A DNA stretch of 64,000 nt, taken from IMG/VR virus record IMGVR_UViG_3300046615_000115, positions 24,820-88,819 of that record. The stretch is one strand, 5' to 3'. The translations under genes and the position numbers were made by a program. Under the pieces are notes generated by a model, which had not been told where the DNA came from, did not search any database, and saw only the letters and a list, made by a program, of their open reading frames with translations. Shown here piece by piece: positions 28,362 to 38,542 of this stretch. Each line of letters starts with the position of its first letter. Within the stretch, counting starts at the first letter, position 1. The DNA is from a virus. Taxonomy: Duplodnaviria; Caudoviricetes.

Positions 28362-28858
28362 TATAGTATCCCCTCTGCAATCGAAGCTGCACCTGATGCA
28401 AGGTTAATCAAATCTTGAAGAATACCACTAGCATCTTGGTTGCTACCAATGTTGATAACAGCTTGAGATGACCGAAGAATCCAAGTGCGGGTATCCATAC
28501 TAGTACTTTGAACCATGTTTGGTATACCTTCAATCCAAGTATTAGTTGAAAAGAAAAGGTCTGTACCGGACAAGTCCTTAATAAACAGAGGAAATTTCCC
28601 AACCTGTGTAAATTCATCCAACTGCCAAAGCTTAGTGAGAATGTCGTTAGATGTGGAGCCCCGATGGAATGTCAATGAAATTGTATATGTCTGACTGTTT
28701 GTGTACAGTCTGGATATAGAACCATCAGCAGTTTCTGTTGTCCCGAATGGAACTTTATCTTTACTAATACTAATGAAAGTTCCATCAGCAAAACCGCCGA
28801 GAGGGATACCGAAAGCTAGACAGTTTACATCATCTGGAAGGTAGTTAGCGATTGCCAT
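28361..28858 (-). CDS. tail tube-like structural protein
   Basis: NYLPDDV...GFADGTFISI; paralogue of the tube gene. Confidence 0.75.
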   Translation of the reverse strand: MAIANYLPDDVNCLAFGIPLGGFADGTFISISKDKVPFGTTETADGSISRLYTNSQTYTISLTFHRGSTSNDILTKLWQLDEFTQVGKFPLFIKDLSGTDLFFSTNTWIEGIPNMVQSTSMDTRTWILRSSQAVINIGSNQDASGILQDLINLASGAASIAEGIL

Positions 28859-28917
28859 AAATTCTCCTTAAATATAGGGGTGTTTGAGTTGACTCAGTTT
28901 ATCACCCCAGATAAGTC

Positions 28918-29448
28918 TTAAGGATTCACACGCCACCGATCATCCACTTGACCTCCAAGAGCTTCCATTGCAGCAACTTCAGAGGGTGCAAGTGGAGTAT
29001 TACCACCGATGAAAATGTCACTACCAAACAAATAAATAGCCCAGTCACGAGTCCCGAATTCAGAGCCGAACGAAGCATTAGCTGGGGCAACAATTACTGC
29101 ACTGTTGCTAGAGGCTACTGTTTGACCACTCATATCTTTCATGGTGCAGTTAAAAACATAGCGGTTGTCCGGTACGTTAGCATCTGCAATTTGAAGTTGT
29201 TGAAACAGTGTGTTAGACGGGGAACCTTGGTGCAATGTAATAGTAACATTCATTGCAGTTACACGACGTTTCACACGAGCGAAGGAGTTGTCACCCACAC
29301 CCTGATAAGGCGTTGAACTTGGTACAATCCTGTCCATGCTAACGAAAGTCCCGTCAGCAAAGCCAGTTACACGGTGTACGAAATCACCTTTCGACAAAAT
29401 GATAGTGAAATCATCCGGAAGGTAGTTCGCAATAAAATTATCTGCCAT
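28918..29448 (-). CDS. tail tube protein
   Basis: NYLPDDF...GFADGTFVSM; immediately follows the sheath gene. Confidence 0.85.
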   Translation of the reverse strand: MADNFIANYLPDDFTIILSKGDFVHRVTGFADGTFVSMDRIVPSSTPYQGVGDNSFARVKRRVTAMNVTITLHQGSPSNTLFQQLQIADANVPDNRYVFNCTMKDMSGQTVASSNSAVIVAPANASFGSEFGTRDWAIYLFGSDIFIGGNTPLAPSEVAAMEALGGQVDDRWRVNP

Positions 29449-29478
29449 TAGTATTTACCTTATTAAGAATGACTATCA

Positions 29479-30762
29479 TTATACAGAAAGGAAAATTTGC
29501 ACATCTACGCTACGAATACTACCTTGCAGACGAGCGCGGATAACGAATACACCAGCGGCACGTTGTGCCCGCAGGGTTTCGGGGATGCTGAGAACAGGTG
29601 GCGTAGAAATTGTCCACCCAGAATCAACCAAACCATTACTCTGAGCAAGTGTCATGACTGCACGGAGTTCATTTTCTACAATCAACAGCCCCGGATCAGT
29701 CATTGGGATCTTCAGGCTGTTGATGATCCGGAAATAAACACCTTCTTGCATACGTGCACGAAGCCAGTCTTTGCCGATAGCAACGTCGATTGGTTTTTCA
29801 TCAAACATGTTACCATCTTGGAAGATATCAACACCACCTTTACGGCGGTAAAAGTTCCATGATTTCGCACGCAAGTTAACAATCTGAGTGGAGCTAAGGA
29901 TACTACGAGTAACGCCTACAGCACGCTTAAAATCCCAATCATTAGAGCCCGGTGTTACGGCAAGTTGACTGCCAGCCCAAGCTACCTCGGGAAATTCTGT
30001 TGCAGCCGTACCAGAGTAAACGCCGAAAGTGCGGCCTGCTGATTTGGCGTTGAGTTTATAACCAATGTCTGTGATGCCAGTAGTGGGGGCTACAGAATCA
30101 GGGGAAGAAAGACCGTAGATCTTTTCCATTGCTTGAATGGTATCAGACAGGGCTTCTTGTTCTGCTGTTACTTGAGTTTCAGCAGTCAAGCAATACCAGA
30201 CATCATTCTCAGCATCTACAGCCAACAAGGCGTTTGGCCAAGTTTCAGTAGCAGTATTCACACCGATAAGGTTAGCAGAAGCTGTTACACTCCAAGCTGT
30301 ACCGAGAACAGTGGTGGTCAGAATCAGAGTAGTGGTGCCAGTTACTGTAATACCAGATGGGCTGCCAATAGCAGCTTTCAAACCGGTTACAATAGTGGTT
30401 GCAGTTGCACCAACACCGGAAGTGAAAGTGTAGAGAGTACCATTCAAGGTAACAGTATAGGCTGTACTATCAGCAACGGTTGGGGTGTAGGTTACGCTAT
30501 CAACCTGACGACGACCAATAATAATTGAAGGTGGCGGAGCACCAATTACCGAACTTTGACCAAAAGCTTGGGAAGCCATTTTATAGACATTTGAGGTGGT
30601 AGAAAAATCTCCACCAACCTCTGTAATACTCAAGTAGGTACGAGCACGTTCAGAAAAATTTGTAAAAGTTGCAAGCACCAAGGGAATTGCAAAGGATGCT
30701 GTGCTGATAGCAGTAGATTGGTCAGTAATGACAATATTTACTACGTCGCTGAGGTCGGACAT
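29479..30762 (-). CDS. tail sheath protein (DUF3383-like)
   Basis: LSDVVNIVI...IDVAIGKDWLRARMQE. Confidence 0.92.
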   Translation of the reverse strand: MSDLSDVVNIVITDQSTAISTASFAIPLVLATFTNFSERARTYLSITEVGGDFSTTSNVYKMASQAFGQSSVIGAPPPSIIIGRRQVDSVTYTPTVADSTAYTVTLNGTLYTFTSGVGATATTIVTGLKAAIGSPSGITVTGTTTLILTTTVLGTAWSVTASANLIGVNTATETWPNALLAVDAENDVWYCLTAETQVTAEQEALSDTIQAMEKIYGLSSPDSVAPTTGITDIGYKLNAKSAGRTFGVYSGTAATEFPEVAWAGSQLAVTPGSNDWDFKRAVGVTRSILSSTQIVNLRAKSWNFYRRKGGVDIFQDGNMFDEKPIDVAIGKDWLRARMQEGVYFRIINSLKIPMTDPGLLIVENELRAVMTLAQSNGLVDSGWTISTPPVLSIPETLRAQRAAGVFVIRARLQGSIRSVDVQIFLSV

Positions 30763-30796
30763 ATTTAATGTTATCCTTTAGATTGAGTAGCCATTG

Positions 30797-31336
30797 CTAC
30801 GGATAAATGATACTTTCGGGAATTTTTATAATTACTGGAATCTCTGAAGTCTCATCAGCAATGACTACGCCTTCAACAACATCAACAAGTTGATTTGTAT
30901 TAACTGTATAATTAAACGTCACATCCATGTTGTGATATTCAACCCACTTCGTATCTCGTTTCTGAGGTGCTCGTCTAATCTGACTCTTCCTCATTAACCC
31001 TAAACGTTGTTTCTTTAATTCTTCTAGAGCAACGGGGTTGTTATTGATTCTTTGAGTAAAGCTTTGAGCCATATCACCGGACAAACTACCAATGAAAGAA
31101 AATTGACAAAGGAGTTCGTACTGAACTTGTATTGAAAGTTCTTCGTCTGTGTTGGTCAGAGTTGAAGTAATGTGATGACCTTGTTGTTCAATATTAAGAA
31201 TATTGATTACAACATAACTCTCAGCAGGTTCTGTACCCGAACTATGGCTGAAGATGACAGGGGTACTTGGGTACTCCGATAACGCTGCAATAGCGCCAAG
31301 TCTGATTGCTTTTCGAACATCTGAGTAGATTGCCAT
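30797..31336 (-). CDS. tail completion/terminator protein
   Basis: Position before the sheath gene; 179 aa. Confidence 0.7.
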   Translation of the reverse strand: MAIYSDVRKAIRLGAIAALSEYPSTPVIFSHSSGTEPAESYVVINILNIEQQGHHITSTLTNTDEELSIQVQYELLCQFSFIGSLSGDMAQSFTQRINNNPVALEELKKQRLGLMRKSQIRRAPQKRDTKWVEYHNMDVTFNYTVNTNQLVDVVEGVVIADETSEIPVIIKIPESIIYP

Positions 31337-31348
31337 ATTTTGATGTCC

Positions 31349-31723
31349 TTAGTTTGGAGTAATTTCTACTCTCGTACACTTGCATTCTCGATGATCTTGG
31401 ACTTGCATGACATACGTTTCAACTTTCATAATCTCGTACAAGTCACCTTGCCACATAAATCTATCGGCTCCGTAACCTACACCAATTGGACCTTCCTTCT
31501 TCTGCCTAACCAAGTCAGCAGTAAATAACCACAGCCAGCTTTTAGTTCTATCTGTTTCAGGTAACATCATTACTTGATAATCAGAAAATGGATGAACGTT
31601 TGCCTGAATCACAACCGACGTTTCAGAACCTTCGACCCACTCTCCATCAACATAACTACCCTCCGCATGACGTAGAATAGTAATAGGAGTTTTCTTAACC
31701 AATGAGAACTGTGCAATAGACAT
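31349..31723 (-). CDS. head closure/head-tail joining protein
   Basis: GSYVDGEWVEG...IQANVHP pattern. Confidence 0.75.
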   Translation of the reverse strand: MSIAQFSLVKKTPITILRHAEGSYVDGEWVEGSETSVVIQANVHPFSDYQVMMLPETDRTKSWLWLFTADLVRQKKEGPIGVGYGADRFMWQGDLYEIMKVETYVMQVQDHRECKCTRVEITPN

Positions 31724-32226
31724 TAGTTACTCCCTTTCTTTTCTACTTTGGCAGTTACGTTAGCAATCAGTTGGCTAGTTTCAACAAGAGGGTCATCGAA
31801 TCCTTTCATCTCAACAGTAAGAGGAGCATTTCGTGGGGTATCCCAATCAAGCATAACTTTCCTCAGAGTCCTTTCAAAGTTAGTTGTACTCTTCTGCATA
31901 GCAGCTAGGATTGATTTGCCAGTGAGAAGGGCTTCAATCATATCCTTGAAGTCATCCTTGTTAGCACCAGCCGCTAAGGCACCTTTCAAACCAACCCTCA
32001 TAAAAGGACGTGGTGGTGTAATAGCTCCCGGCACTAAAGAATCAGATCCATTAATATGACCTTCTTCGTTCAATTGAGCAACAGTTGCCATTGGAAGGTT
32101 ATTGTTATCCGGTCCGTAGACATTTTCAGGAAACCATCCAAGCTGAACTTCATTAGTGGCAGCTTGCTGAAGATTCTTCTTAACTTTTTCCCAACCAGAC
32201 TTATCAATCTTCAGCTTAAACGTCAT
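31723..32226 (-). CDS. neck protein (HK97 gp10-like)
   Basis: VQLGWF...PPRPFMR...NAPLTVEMKGFDDPLVET. Confidence 0.75.
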   Translation of the reverse strand: MTFKLKIDKSGWEKVKKNLQQAATNEVQLGWFPENVYGPDNNNLPMATVAQLNEEGHINGSDSLVPGAITPPRPFMRVGLKGALAAGANKDDFKDMIEALLTGKSILAAMQKSTTNFERTLRKVMLDWDTPRNAPLTVEMKGFDDPLVETSQLIANVTAKVEKKGSN

Positions 32227-32719
32227 TATCAAAAGCATCCAATTCCCATCCTACAAACTGGATGGCTGAATCAATACCAAAGAATGCCGAAGCATCTCGT
32301 GTAGAGTTACCATGATTATAAGGCTTTTGACCTTTATCAAATCCTTGGTAGATAGGTTGGATATTGTTATCTTGATTACTGTCATTGTTGAACATATCAA
32401 CTTTGCTCACACCACCGGCATAAGGAATAATCCTTGAAGACAGGAGTGATGCGGGAGTCTTGATAACGTTCGTAAGAGCAGCTAAGTATGCTGTGGAATA
32501 GCTGTTCCAAACTTCATAATTACCTGCCCGTTCACGAGTAGGATAACTAGCAATTCGTAATGAAATAATGATTGCAGCTTTAATAGTAGCTTGCCAAACA
32601 TCACCATTAGTTGTTTCTAAAAGATATTCGTAGGTTTCATCATCAAGAATAGGATAGAGTGGATTACCCGGAACATCACCTACAATGATCTTAACCTTGT
32701 CTACATCAGTAAGGGCCAT
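32216..32719 (-). CDS. head-tail adaptor
   Basis: VKIIVGD...ILDDETYEYLL pattern. Confidence 0.75.
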   Translation of the reverse strand: MALTDVDKVKIIVGDVPGNPLYPILDDETYEYLLETTNGDVWQATIKAAIIISLRIASYPTRERAGNYEVWNSYSTAYLAALTNVIKTPASLLSSRIIPYAGGVSKVDMFNNDSNQDNNIQPIYQGFDKGQKPYNHGNSTRDASAFFGIDSAIQFVGWELDAFDNDV

Positions 32720-32765
32720 GCAGCCTCCTTATAAATTAAAGGAGGGCAGACTAGCTGCCCTTGCA

Positions 32766-33026
32766 TCAACTGGCAGGCATAATCCCGGCAGTGATAAGTT
32801 TGGTCAACAGTGCGTTATATGCAGTGGTGACAGCAGTCAGGTCAGCAAACGCTGGAGACTGTTGAGGAGTAAAAGTAATTTGTTTTACTTTACCAGCAAC
32901 AGTGGTAGTAGCTGCTGGAGTAGTTGCACCAGAAACAGCACTGTCGGTGTCAGTGATAACACGATCAATTACGGTAAAGACATCACCCCAAGAACGTTCT
33001 TGGATAGTGGTTTTTGCAATAGCCAT
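32766..33026 (-). CDS. head fibre protein
   Basis: ATTTVAGKVKQ...AYNALLTKLITAGIM; directly after the MCP. Confidence 0.75.
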   Translation of the reverse strand: MAIAKTTIQERSWGDVFTVIDRVITDTDSAVSGATTPAATTTVAGKVKQITFTPQQSPAFADLTAVTTAYNALLTKLITAGIMPAS

Positions 33027-33053
33027 TCTAAGCTCCTAATCTATTTAAACTGT

Positions 33054-33075
33054 AAGGGCACCAAACGATGCCCTT
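33054..33075 (-). terminator. stem-loop after the MCP gene
   Basis: AAGGGCATC-GTTT-GGTGCCCTT; weak U-tail. Confidence 0.5.
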
Positions 33076-33089
33076 TATTTCAAGACTTA

Positions 33090-34133
33090 TTAGGTCGAAG
33101 AAATCAGCTTAACCAGTACTTGTGGCTGAGTGACGAAGTACAGAGGAGAAGTCTCAACTTGCATTTCGTGGAACTCATCTTTAGGATCGGTGAACTCGTA
33201 TGCGAACATCTCAACACCAACACCGTTAGCACCACCAAGCTTGTTGCTTGGGCCGTAGTAACCACGAAACAGATCATTTACAACTGGCAGAACGTGACCA
33301 GTGTCAGTAGCAACAGCTACTTCGGTGGTATCATTTGGCAGTTTGAAGATATGATCGTAGGTGATGAAAGTTACACCTTTATAGGTGAACTGATCAACCG
33401 AACCCCAAGCCATGAATTGGTTGGTGCTGTTACGGTTGATTTCAACTTGGGAAGCGTAGTACAGATAAGCTTGACGAATCTGTGGGTGACTAACCAGTTT
33501 GTCGAAGAACGAGCCGTCAACAACAACACGAATACCGCCACCGATGGTGGAACCAGTTTTCAAGTTGGTTTGCAGGTAACGCTTCAGTTGCGAGATTTTA
33601 GCGTTAACGTCGGTGGACGCATCACCAAGATCAAAGTCAATCACTTGTTGAGTGATACCGAACTGAGTGAACATGTCTGCAATTACAGCACCGTCAGGGG
33701 TCTTCATGATACCCTTGGCAGCTTGCAACTTCATGTACTCAAGTGATTGCTCAACTTGTGCACGCATGTCGGTCAGTTTTTGTACACGAACACGGGCCAG
33801 TTGCTCAGGAGAGTCTGGGGTGCCCGGCATACGCCAGCCTTGAATATCTTCAGGAGTGATATAATCACTGTGTTTGAAGTAAGCCAAAGGCAGCGAGAAG
33901 GTTTCTACTTTCCGATCATTACCTTTAGTAGTATCGCGACTACGGCGGGAAACTTGTGGGAGCAGGGTGGTGTCATTCATGCTCTTATCGAACACGATTG
34001 CAGTTTGAGTAGTACCTTGGGTGCGGAACAGATCCATACCACCGATCAAACCAGCTTGGTTATCAAGGTTGTTAATTTCGGCGGTCCAATCAACTAGTTG
34101 GAAGCCATTACCAAACGAACGAGTAGTTGCCAT
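33090..34133 (-). CDS. major capsid protein
   Basis: 347 aa HK97-fold, lambda gpE-like; position in the head module. Confidence 0.93.
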   Translation of the reverse strand: MATTRSFGNGFQLVDWTAEINNLDNQAGLIGGMDLFRTQGTTQTAIVFDKSMNDTTLLPQVSRRSRDTTKGNDRKVETFSLPLAYFKHSDYITPEDIQGWRMPGTPDSPEQLARVRVQKLTDMRAQVEQSLEYMKLQAAKGIMKTPDGAVIADMFTQFGITQQVIDFDLGDASTDVNAKISQLKRYLQTNLKTGSTIGGGIRVVVDGSFFDKLVSHPQIRQAYLYYASQVEINRNSTNQFMAWGSVDQFTYKGVTFITYDHIFKLPNDTTEVAVATDTGHVLPVVNDLFRGYYGPSNKLGGANGVGVEMFAYEFTDPKDEFHEMQVETSPLYFVTQPQVLVKLISST

Positions 34134-34142
34134 TGTCTATTT

Positions 34143-34925
34143 TTATCCTATATTCATAATCTGTGGGAATTCTTTGCTCAGCCACAGTAAAAGTTCTGTT
34201 TCTAATTTGGGTTCTATAGTTTCTGTAAAACCATCTGGCAAGACATCTTTTGATATAACACCAGTCTTAAACTTCTTCTTGATTTCATTTTCAATGTGGT
34301 AAATTAAACTACCATCTTGATCGTGTACTTCTAAAAGACAGTTTAAATCAGCAATTGTCTTTCTTTGCAGTTGCCTATGCCGTGACTTAACTTCACAGTT
34401 TGTTATACCGAACTTCAATCCCACAACTTCACCGAACATCTCAATTCTATGTATATAGAGAGCTGCGGGCTTATTTGTGTTGAAGCCTGTCTCTGAACAT
34501 TTTCTACAACCTTGATTGCTGTAAATTACATTAGAGGCTTGTGTCTTAAAACTGCCATGTTCAAGACAAAGAAATTCCCAAGCAGAGCTTGTTAACCCGT
34601 CATAAGTGTTGAGAACTTTAAATCTTGTTTTGCTCTCAACTATATGAATCAAATCTTCAACGGGTATTTTCTTTTCTTTTTGAATCTTGATAAGATTACT
34701 TTCTCTCAAGCAGCCACAGGCAGTTACTGACGAGTTCAAATTGTTCGAGGGTAGTAGGACGACGTTTCCGCAATCACATCTACAAGCGTACTGATTTTTC
34801 TTCCTTGAGTTTCTACCTGCATAGAAAAGAACCTCTATCATTCCATATCGATTACCAACTTTTGGAACATACAGATGGTGTATTGGTTCTTCCTGCCTAA
34901 GAGAAAATATATCTTCTACAGTCAC
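34143..34925 (-). mobile_element. free-standing GIY-YIG-like homing endonuclease (HEG5)
   Basis: CRCDCGN N-terminus; GFNTNKPAALYIHR...KFGIT...KSRHRQL...E; inserted between decoration and MCP genes. Confidence 0.75.
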
Positions 34926-34943
34926 ATGAACCTCAGATCAGTC

Positions 34944-35372
34944 TCAGCTAAACTGATTTGGTTGATCCAAGACCTGAATTCCTACAGCTTCCATTTGTGC
35001 GTACACAGCAGCCAGTTCAGGAGCAGTGTCAACAGAAGCACCGAAAACAAGGTAGGATTTGCCTACGCCAGCAGGACCACGGAACAGAACAGTTACCGAA
35101 GTGTCAGTGGTAGCAGCGATGGTTTGCTTGTTATCACCATCTGGTTTGCCGATATAAATACCAGCGAAGTTTTGGCTACCATCTACAGCAGTAGCTTCCA
35201 AGATTTTGTACTTACCGGTGGCAGTAACTTTACCCAGCACAGTACCAATGGTGTAGGTTTTAATTGCAGCTTCGTTAGCTACAACTACATCACGGCAGTG
35301 GCCGTATTCAGGGTGATCTTCATATTGCAGTACAGCGCCAAGGCGAGTAGAGCGAGTGTCGATTGCAGCCAT
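34944..35372 (-). CDS. head decoration protein
   Basis: YTIGTVLGKVTATGKY...AVDGSQ pattern. Confidence 0.85.
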   Translation of the reverse strand: MAAIDTRSTRLGAVLQYEDHPEYGHCRDVVVANEAAIKTYTIGTVLGKVTATGKYKILEATAVDGSQNFAGIYIGKPDGDNKQTIAATTDTSVTVLFRGPAGVGKSYLVFGASVDTAPELAAVYAQMEAVGIQVLDQPNQFS

Positions 35373-35414
35373 ATTATTTGAAACTCCTAGCTAGGATTTT
35401 ATTGATAAACAATA

Positions 35415-36368
35415 TTATTGTTTTTTACTTTTGTTAATAAGTTCACCAACAAGATTCAGACCAGCTTCTTCTTGTTTCTTCGGTTCACCTTCACCGCTAA
35501 CGCCTTTCTCTTTGAAAAGGTCAGAGTCTTTTTCTTCTTTGGCTTTACCGCCAAGAGATTTGAATACAGCTTCGAATGCTTCATCTGGCAAAGCTTCAGT
35601 TGCTTTGTACAGGGATTCAGCTTCTTCCTTGCTAACTACAGCTTCCAGTTTCTCTTTACGAGCTTTAGCAACAACTTCCAGTTTCTCAGCTTTGAATGCA
35701 GCAACTTCTTCAAGAGCTTTGGTCAGAGCAGCTTCTTTTTCTACCAATTGAGCTTTGAGAATTGCTTCAGCAGCATCAACTGCTTTCTTGATTTCTTGTT
35801 CCAAAATTTCTACCTCAGACTTTTTAAGTTCTTGTGCTTTGAACATCTCAACTAGATGCTCTTTAGTACTATCATTTTGAAGGGCTTTAGTTACAAGGCT
35901 ATAGATTCCTTCTTCAAGTTTGTCTTCCGCATCTTCAGACAGAAGCATTTCCCCAGTTTCAGGTTCATAAGAAATAACCCGAGACATAGGTTTGGCCAAG
36001 TCACCTAAAGTAACTTTTCCATCTACAAGAGAGTAATCTACCGAGAATAGACCGCCCTCACTACAGAAGAGAACAATGGAATCATTATAGTCTTCTACAT
36101 ACAGCCAACGATCGTCATCACCGAAAGCTTCACGAACTGCACTACTAAGTGCATCATTAATCTTGGATGCGTACATTGATTTGTTAACAATAGCTTTATC
36201 AAGCCCAAGAGCCTTCAAAGACTTTTCAACATCTTCTGTGATAGCCGCATCAGACTTCATGAGAAGTGATACATTACGTCCATTTGCCGAACCACCCTGA
36301 AGCTCTTTATGGGTAAGTGCTAAGTGGGGGCGTTTGCTATCATCTTTCGTTTTAATAATCAGAGGCAT
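35415..36368 (-). CDS. capsid scaffolding protein
   Basis: E/K/A-rich coiled coil between protease and decoration genes. Confidence 0.75.
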   Translation of the reverse strand: MPLIIKTKDDSKRPHLALTHKELQGGSANGRNVSLLMKSDAAITEDVEKSLKALGLDKAIVNKSMYASKINDALSSAVREAFGDDDRWLYVEDYNDSIVLFCSEGGLFSVDYSLVDGKVTLGDLAKPMSRVISYEPETGEMLLSEDAEDKLEEGIYSLVTKALQNDSTKEHLVEMFKAQELKKSEVEILEQEIKKAVDAAEAILKAQLVEKEAALTKALEEVAAFKAEKLEVVAKARKEKLEAVVSKEEAESLYKATEALPDEAFEAVFKSLGGKAKEEKDSDLFKEKGVSGEGEPKKQEEAGLNLVGELINKSKKQ

Positions 36369-37069
36369 TATTCACCACCATCAAATGTGACATTGGTGAT
36401 TTCACCAGTCTTTTGGTTGATCTTTCCTTTACCACCGATACTTACACCGCCAATTACCCCAGCTTTCTTAAGGTTCCAAAGATCCTCGCTGTTGTATTTA
36501 ATCTTGGCAACCCAAGTACCAGCTTTAATAACTTCATCTGTTTGAATAACTTTTACATCCAATTCTTTTTGAACCCAAGTAGATTCAATGGTGAATGCGT
36601 CAGTTTCTTCAAGATGAAAGAGGTTAGAATTAACAACCCCTTTCTCAAGATTCTGATTAAAGTTATCACAAGCTTTCTCAATAGTATCTTCAGACATCCA
36701 TTCCCCGTGAGCATCCTTCACTAGAGGCTCATAAACAACTTCATAAGAAACCATTTCCTCATTAAGTTCTTCGACATGATCTTCACTAGAAGAACCACCG
36801 AAGACTTTCTCAATGAAAACAGAGAAGATATCCATGAACTCAGAAGCTTTCAGAATATCCGGCAACTCATTATCTGGATAGAACTTCTTGTACGCTGCAC
36901 GAACTTTACGCTTAACTGCGGGAAGGTCAGCTTCGGGGATTTGTACTTTATTTCCCCGAAATCCCTTCCCCAAGGCCGCGACTGCGGCTGCTGTATGTCG
37001 AGCATCTGAGATATTTAGCTTTGCTTTAGACTCATCTTCTGGGTCTGGATTATATGCATATACTGTCAA
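36368..37069 (-). CDS. prohead protease (XkdF-like) with an extra N-terminal domain
   Basis: VYEPLVKDAHGEW...H...GGVSIGG. Confidence 0.75.
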   Translation of the reverse strand: MTVYAYNPDPEDESKAKLNISDARHTAAAVAALGKGFRGNKVQIPEADLPAVKRKVRAAYKKFYPDNELPDILKASEFMDIFSVFIEKVFGGSSSEDHVEELNEEMVSYEVVYEPLVKDAHGEWMSEDTIEKACDNFNQNLEKGVVNSNLFHLEETDAFTIESTWVQKELDVKVIQTDEVIKAGTWVAKIKYNSEDLWNLKKAGVIGGVSIGGKGKINQKTGEITNVTFDGGE

Positions 37070-38542
37070 TTAAGTATTCTCCGTATTGGCAATAGAGTTA
37101 TCTTTACTGCCCATAGGGCTTGTACTTGTACCAGCTCCAGCAGTTACCATACCTTCACCAGCACCTGATGTATTACCTGTCAAGCCAGCACGAAGTTCAG
37201 CGATATCCATACCAGAATCGTGGCGAGAAGGAAGACCAACCCAGTCAGCAACTTGGTTAATGTTCTCAGGAGTGATACTGATCAGACCGACAGATGCAGC
37301 ACGCTGGAGATACTTAGACAGGACATCCAAGTCTTCTTCTTTGATTTGATCGTACTCAAACTTAGGAAGACGATCTAGCGGCCAACCATTCAGTGCAAAG
37401 AGTTGTGGAATCAAATCAGTGTTAAGCGGATCTTGAATCTCTTTCAGATAGTTCTCAACAGCCATATGCACAATAGATGATTTACTATCTGCAAGGTTGA
37501 ACGAACCACCTTTCGAATTACCCATCTGCAAGATATCAGCAAACAATGCTTGAAGGATCTTGTTATCCCAACGAATGATTGCTTTGTCAGTGTCGTATTG
37601 GCTAGCGTTAGGAGGGCCAATCAATTCGAAGTCAAATAGGCTGTTATTCTGGTCGTCGTAAAATTTAGGAAGAATAATGCAGGCTTGTTCATTATTCTGA
37701 AGGTTACGACCAATATTCTTAAAGGCTTCTACTGTAGCTTTCTGGTCATCTGTACTGTCAGCTTTCAAGTAATCTGCTGGCAATTCAAACTTAGGAATAC
37801 CACCAAGACCACGAGTGATGCCTACAGCTTCAGATTCTTCAATCTGCTTGCGATAACGCCATGCCTTGTAGACTTTGGAAAGAGGAGAACGACCTTGTGG
37901 GTTATCTCTGCTTACATCTGTGCGGAACAGAAGGAACTTCTTACGATCAATATCAATCTGACCACCGTATTCTTTACTGTTAGCTAAGCGATAGCCATCC
38001 ATCAAGAAGCTAGTGTCTTGGACAACACCTAGAAGTTCACGACCAGCATCATCAAACAGCCAACGATAAATAGTGGTTTGTGAGCGGGTGGCAAGCTTGG
38101 AAATACCTACAAGACCATCATCGTACTTAGAGCCTGTAGACAAACGACGCCGACGATATACTTTCTCTTGAATCGCATATCCATAAGTGAACATGCTAGT
38201 TACTTCCTTAATAAAGGAGAACCAACTGTGTTCCATGTCATCCATACATTGTTGAAGGAATTTAACTTTCTTCAAGTCATCTTCTGTAGGATCAACAGGT
38301 GGTGTTACTTTCCAGTTAACACGGCTAATCATCATTGAGAATAGTGAGAGAGCAGAAGCAATAGTTGCGTCCTCTCCCATTTCTTGGTAAGTTCTATTAG
38401 CTCGTGGCCACTTCAAATTCTCACGCATTTCTTCTAAGATAATGCCGTCGAATTCGCGTAACCCCAACCAACCTTGTTCGCCTATCTTGATGCGCAATGC
38501 CGGATTATCTCCGGCTTGCAAATTCAAATCATCATTTGGCAT
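37070..38542 (-). CDS. portal protein
   Basis: 490 aa after TerL; NPQGRSPLSKVYKAW. Confidence 0.9.
   Translation of the reverse strand: MPNDDLNLQAGDNPALRIKIGEQGWLGLREFDGIILEEMRENLKWPRANRTYQEMGEDATIASALSLFSMMISRVNWKVTPPVDPTEDDLKKVKFLQQCMDDMEHSWFSFIKEVTSMFTYGYAIQEKVYRRRRLSTGSKYDDGLVGISKLATRSQTTIYRWLFDDAGRELLGVVQDTSFLMDGYRLANSKEYGGQIDIDRKKFLLFRTDVSRDNPQGRSPLSKVYKAWRYRKQIEESEAVGITRGLGGIPKFELPADYLKADSTDDQKATVEAFKNIGRNLQNNEQACIILPKFYDDQNNSLFDFELIGPPNASQYDTDKAIIRWDNKILQALFADILQMGNSKGGSFNLADSKSSIVHMAVENYLKEIQDPLNTDLIPQLFALNGWPLDRLPKFEYDQIKEEDLDVLSKYLQRAASVGLISITPENINQVADWVGLPSRHDSGMDIAELRAGLTGNTSGAGEGMVTAGAGTSTSPMGSKDNSIANTENT

Noticed and set aside
32685-33746. 353-aa + strand ORF antisense to the MCP and head-fibre genes
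   Set aside because: Shadow frame of a strongly codon-biased gene; no RBS, promoter or protein-like motifs. The same applies to the other antisense ORFs in the track (e.g. 8685-9125, 22242-22682, 35418-35855, 47438-47968).
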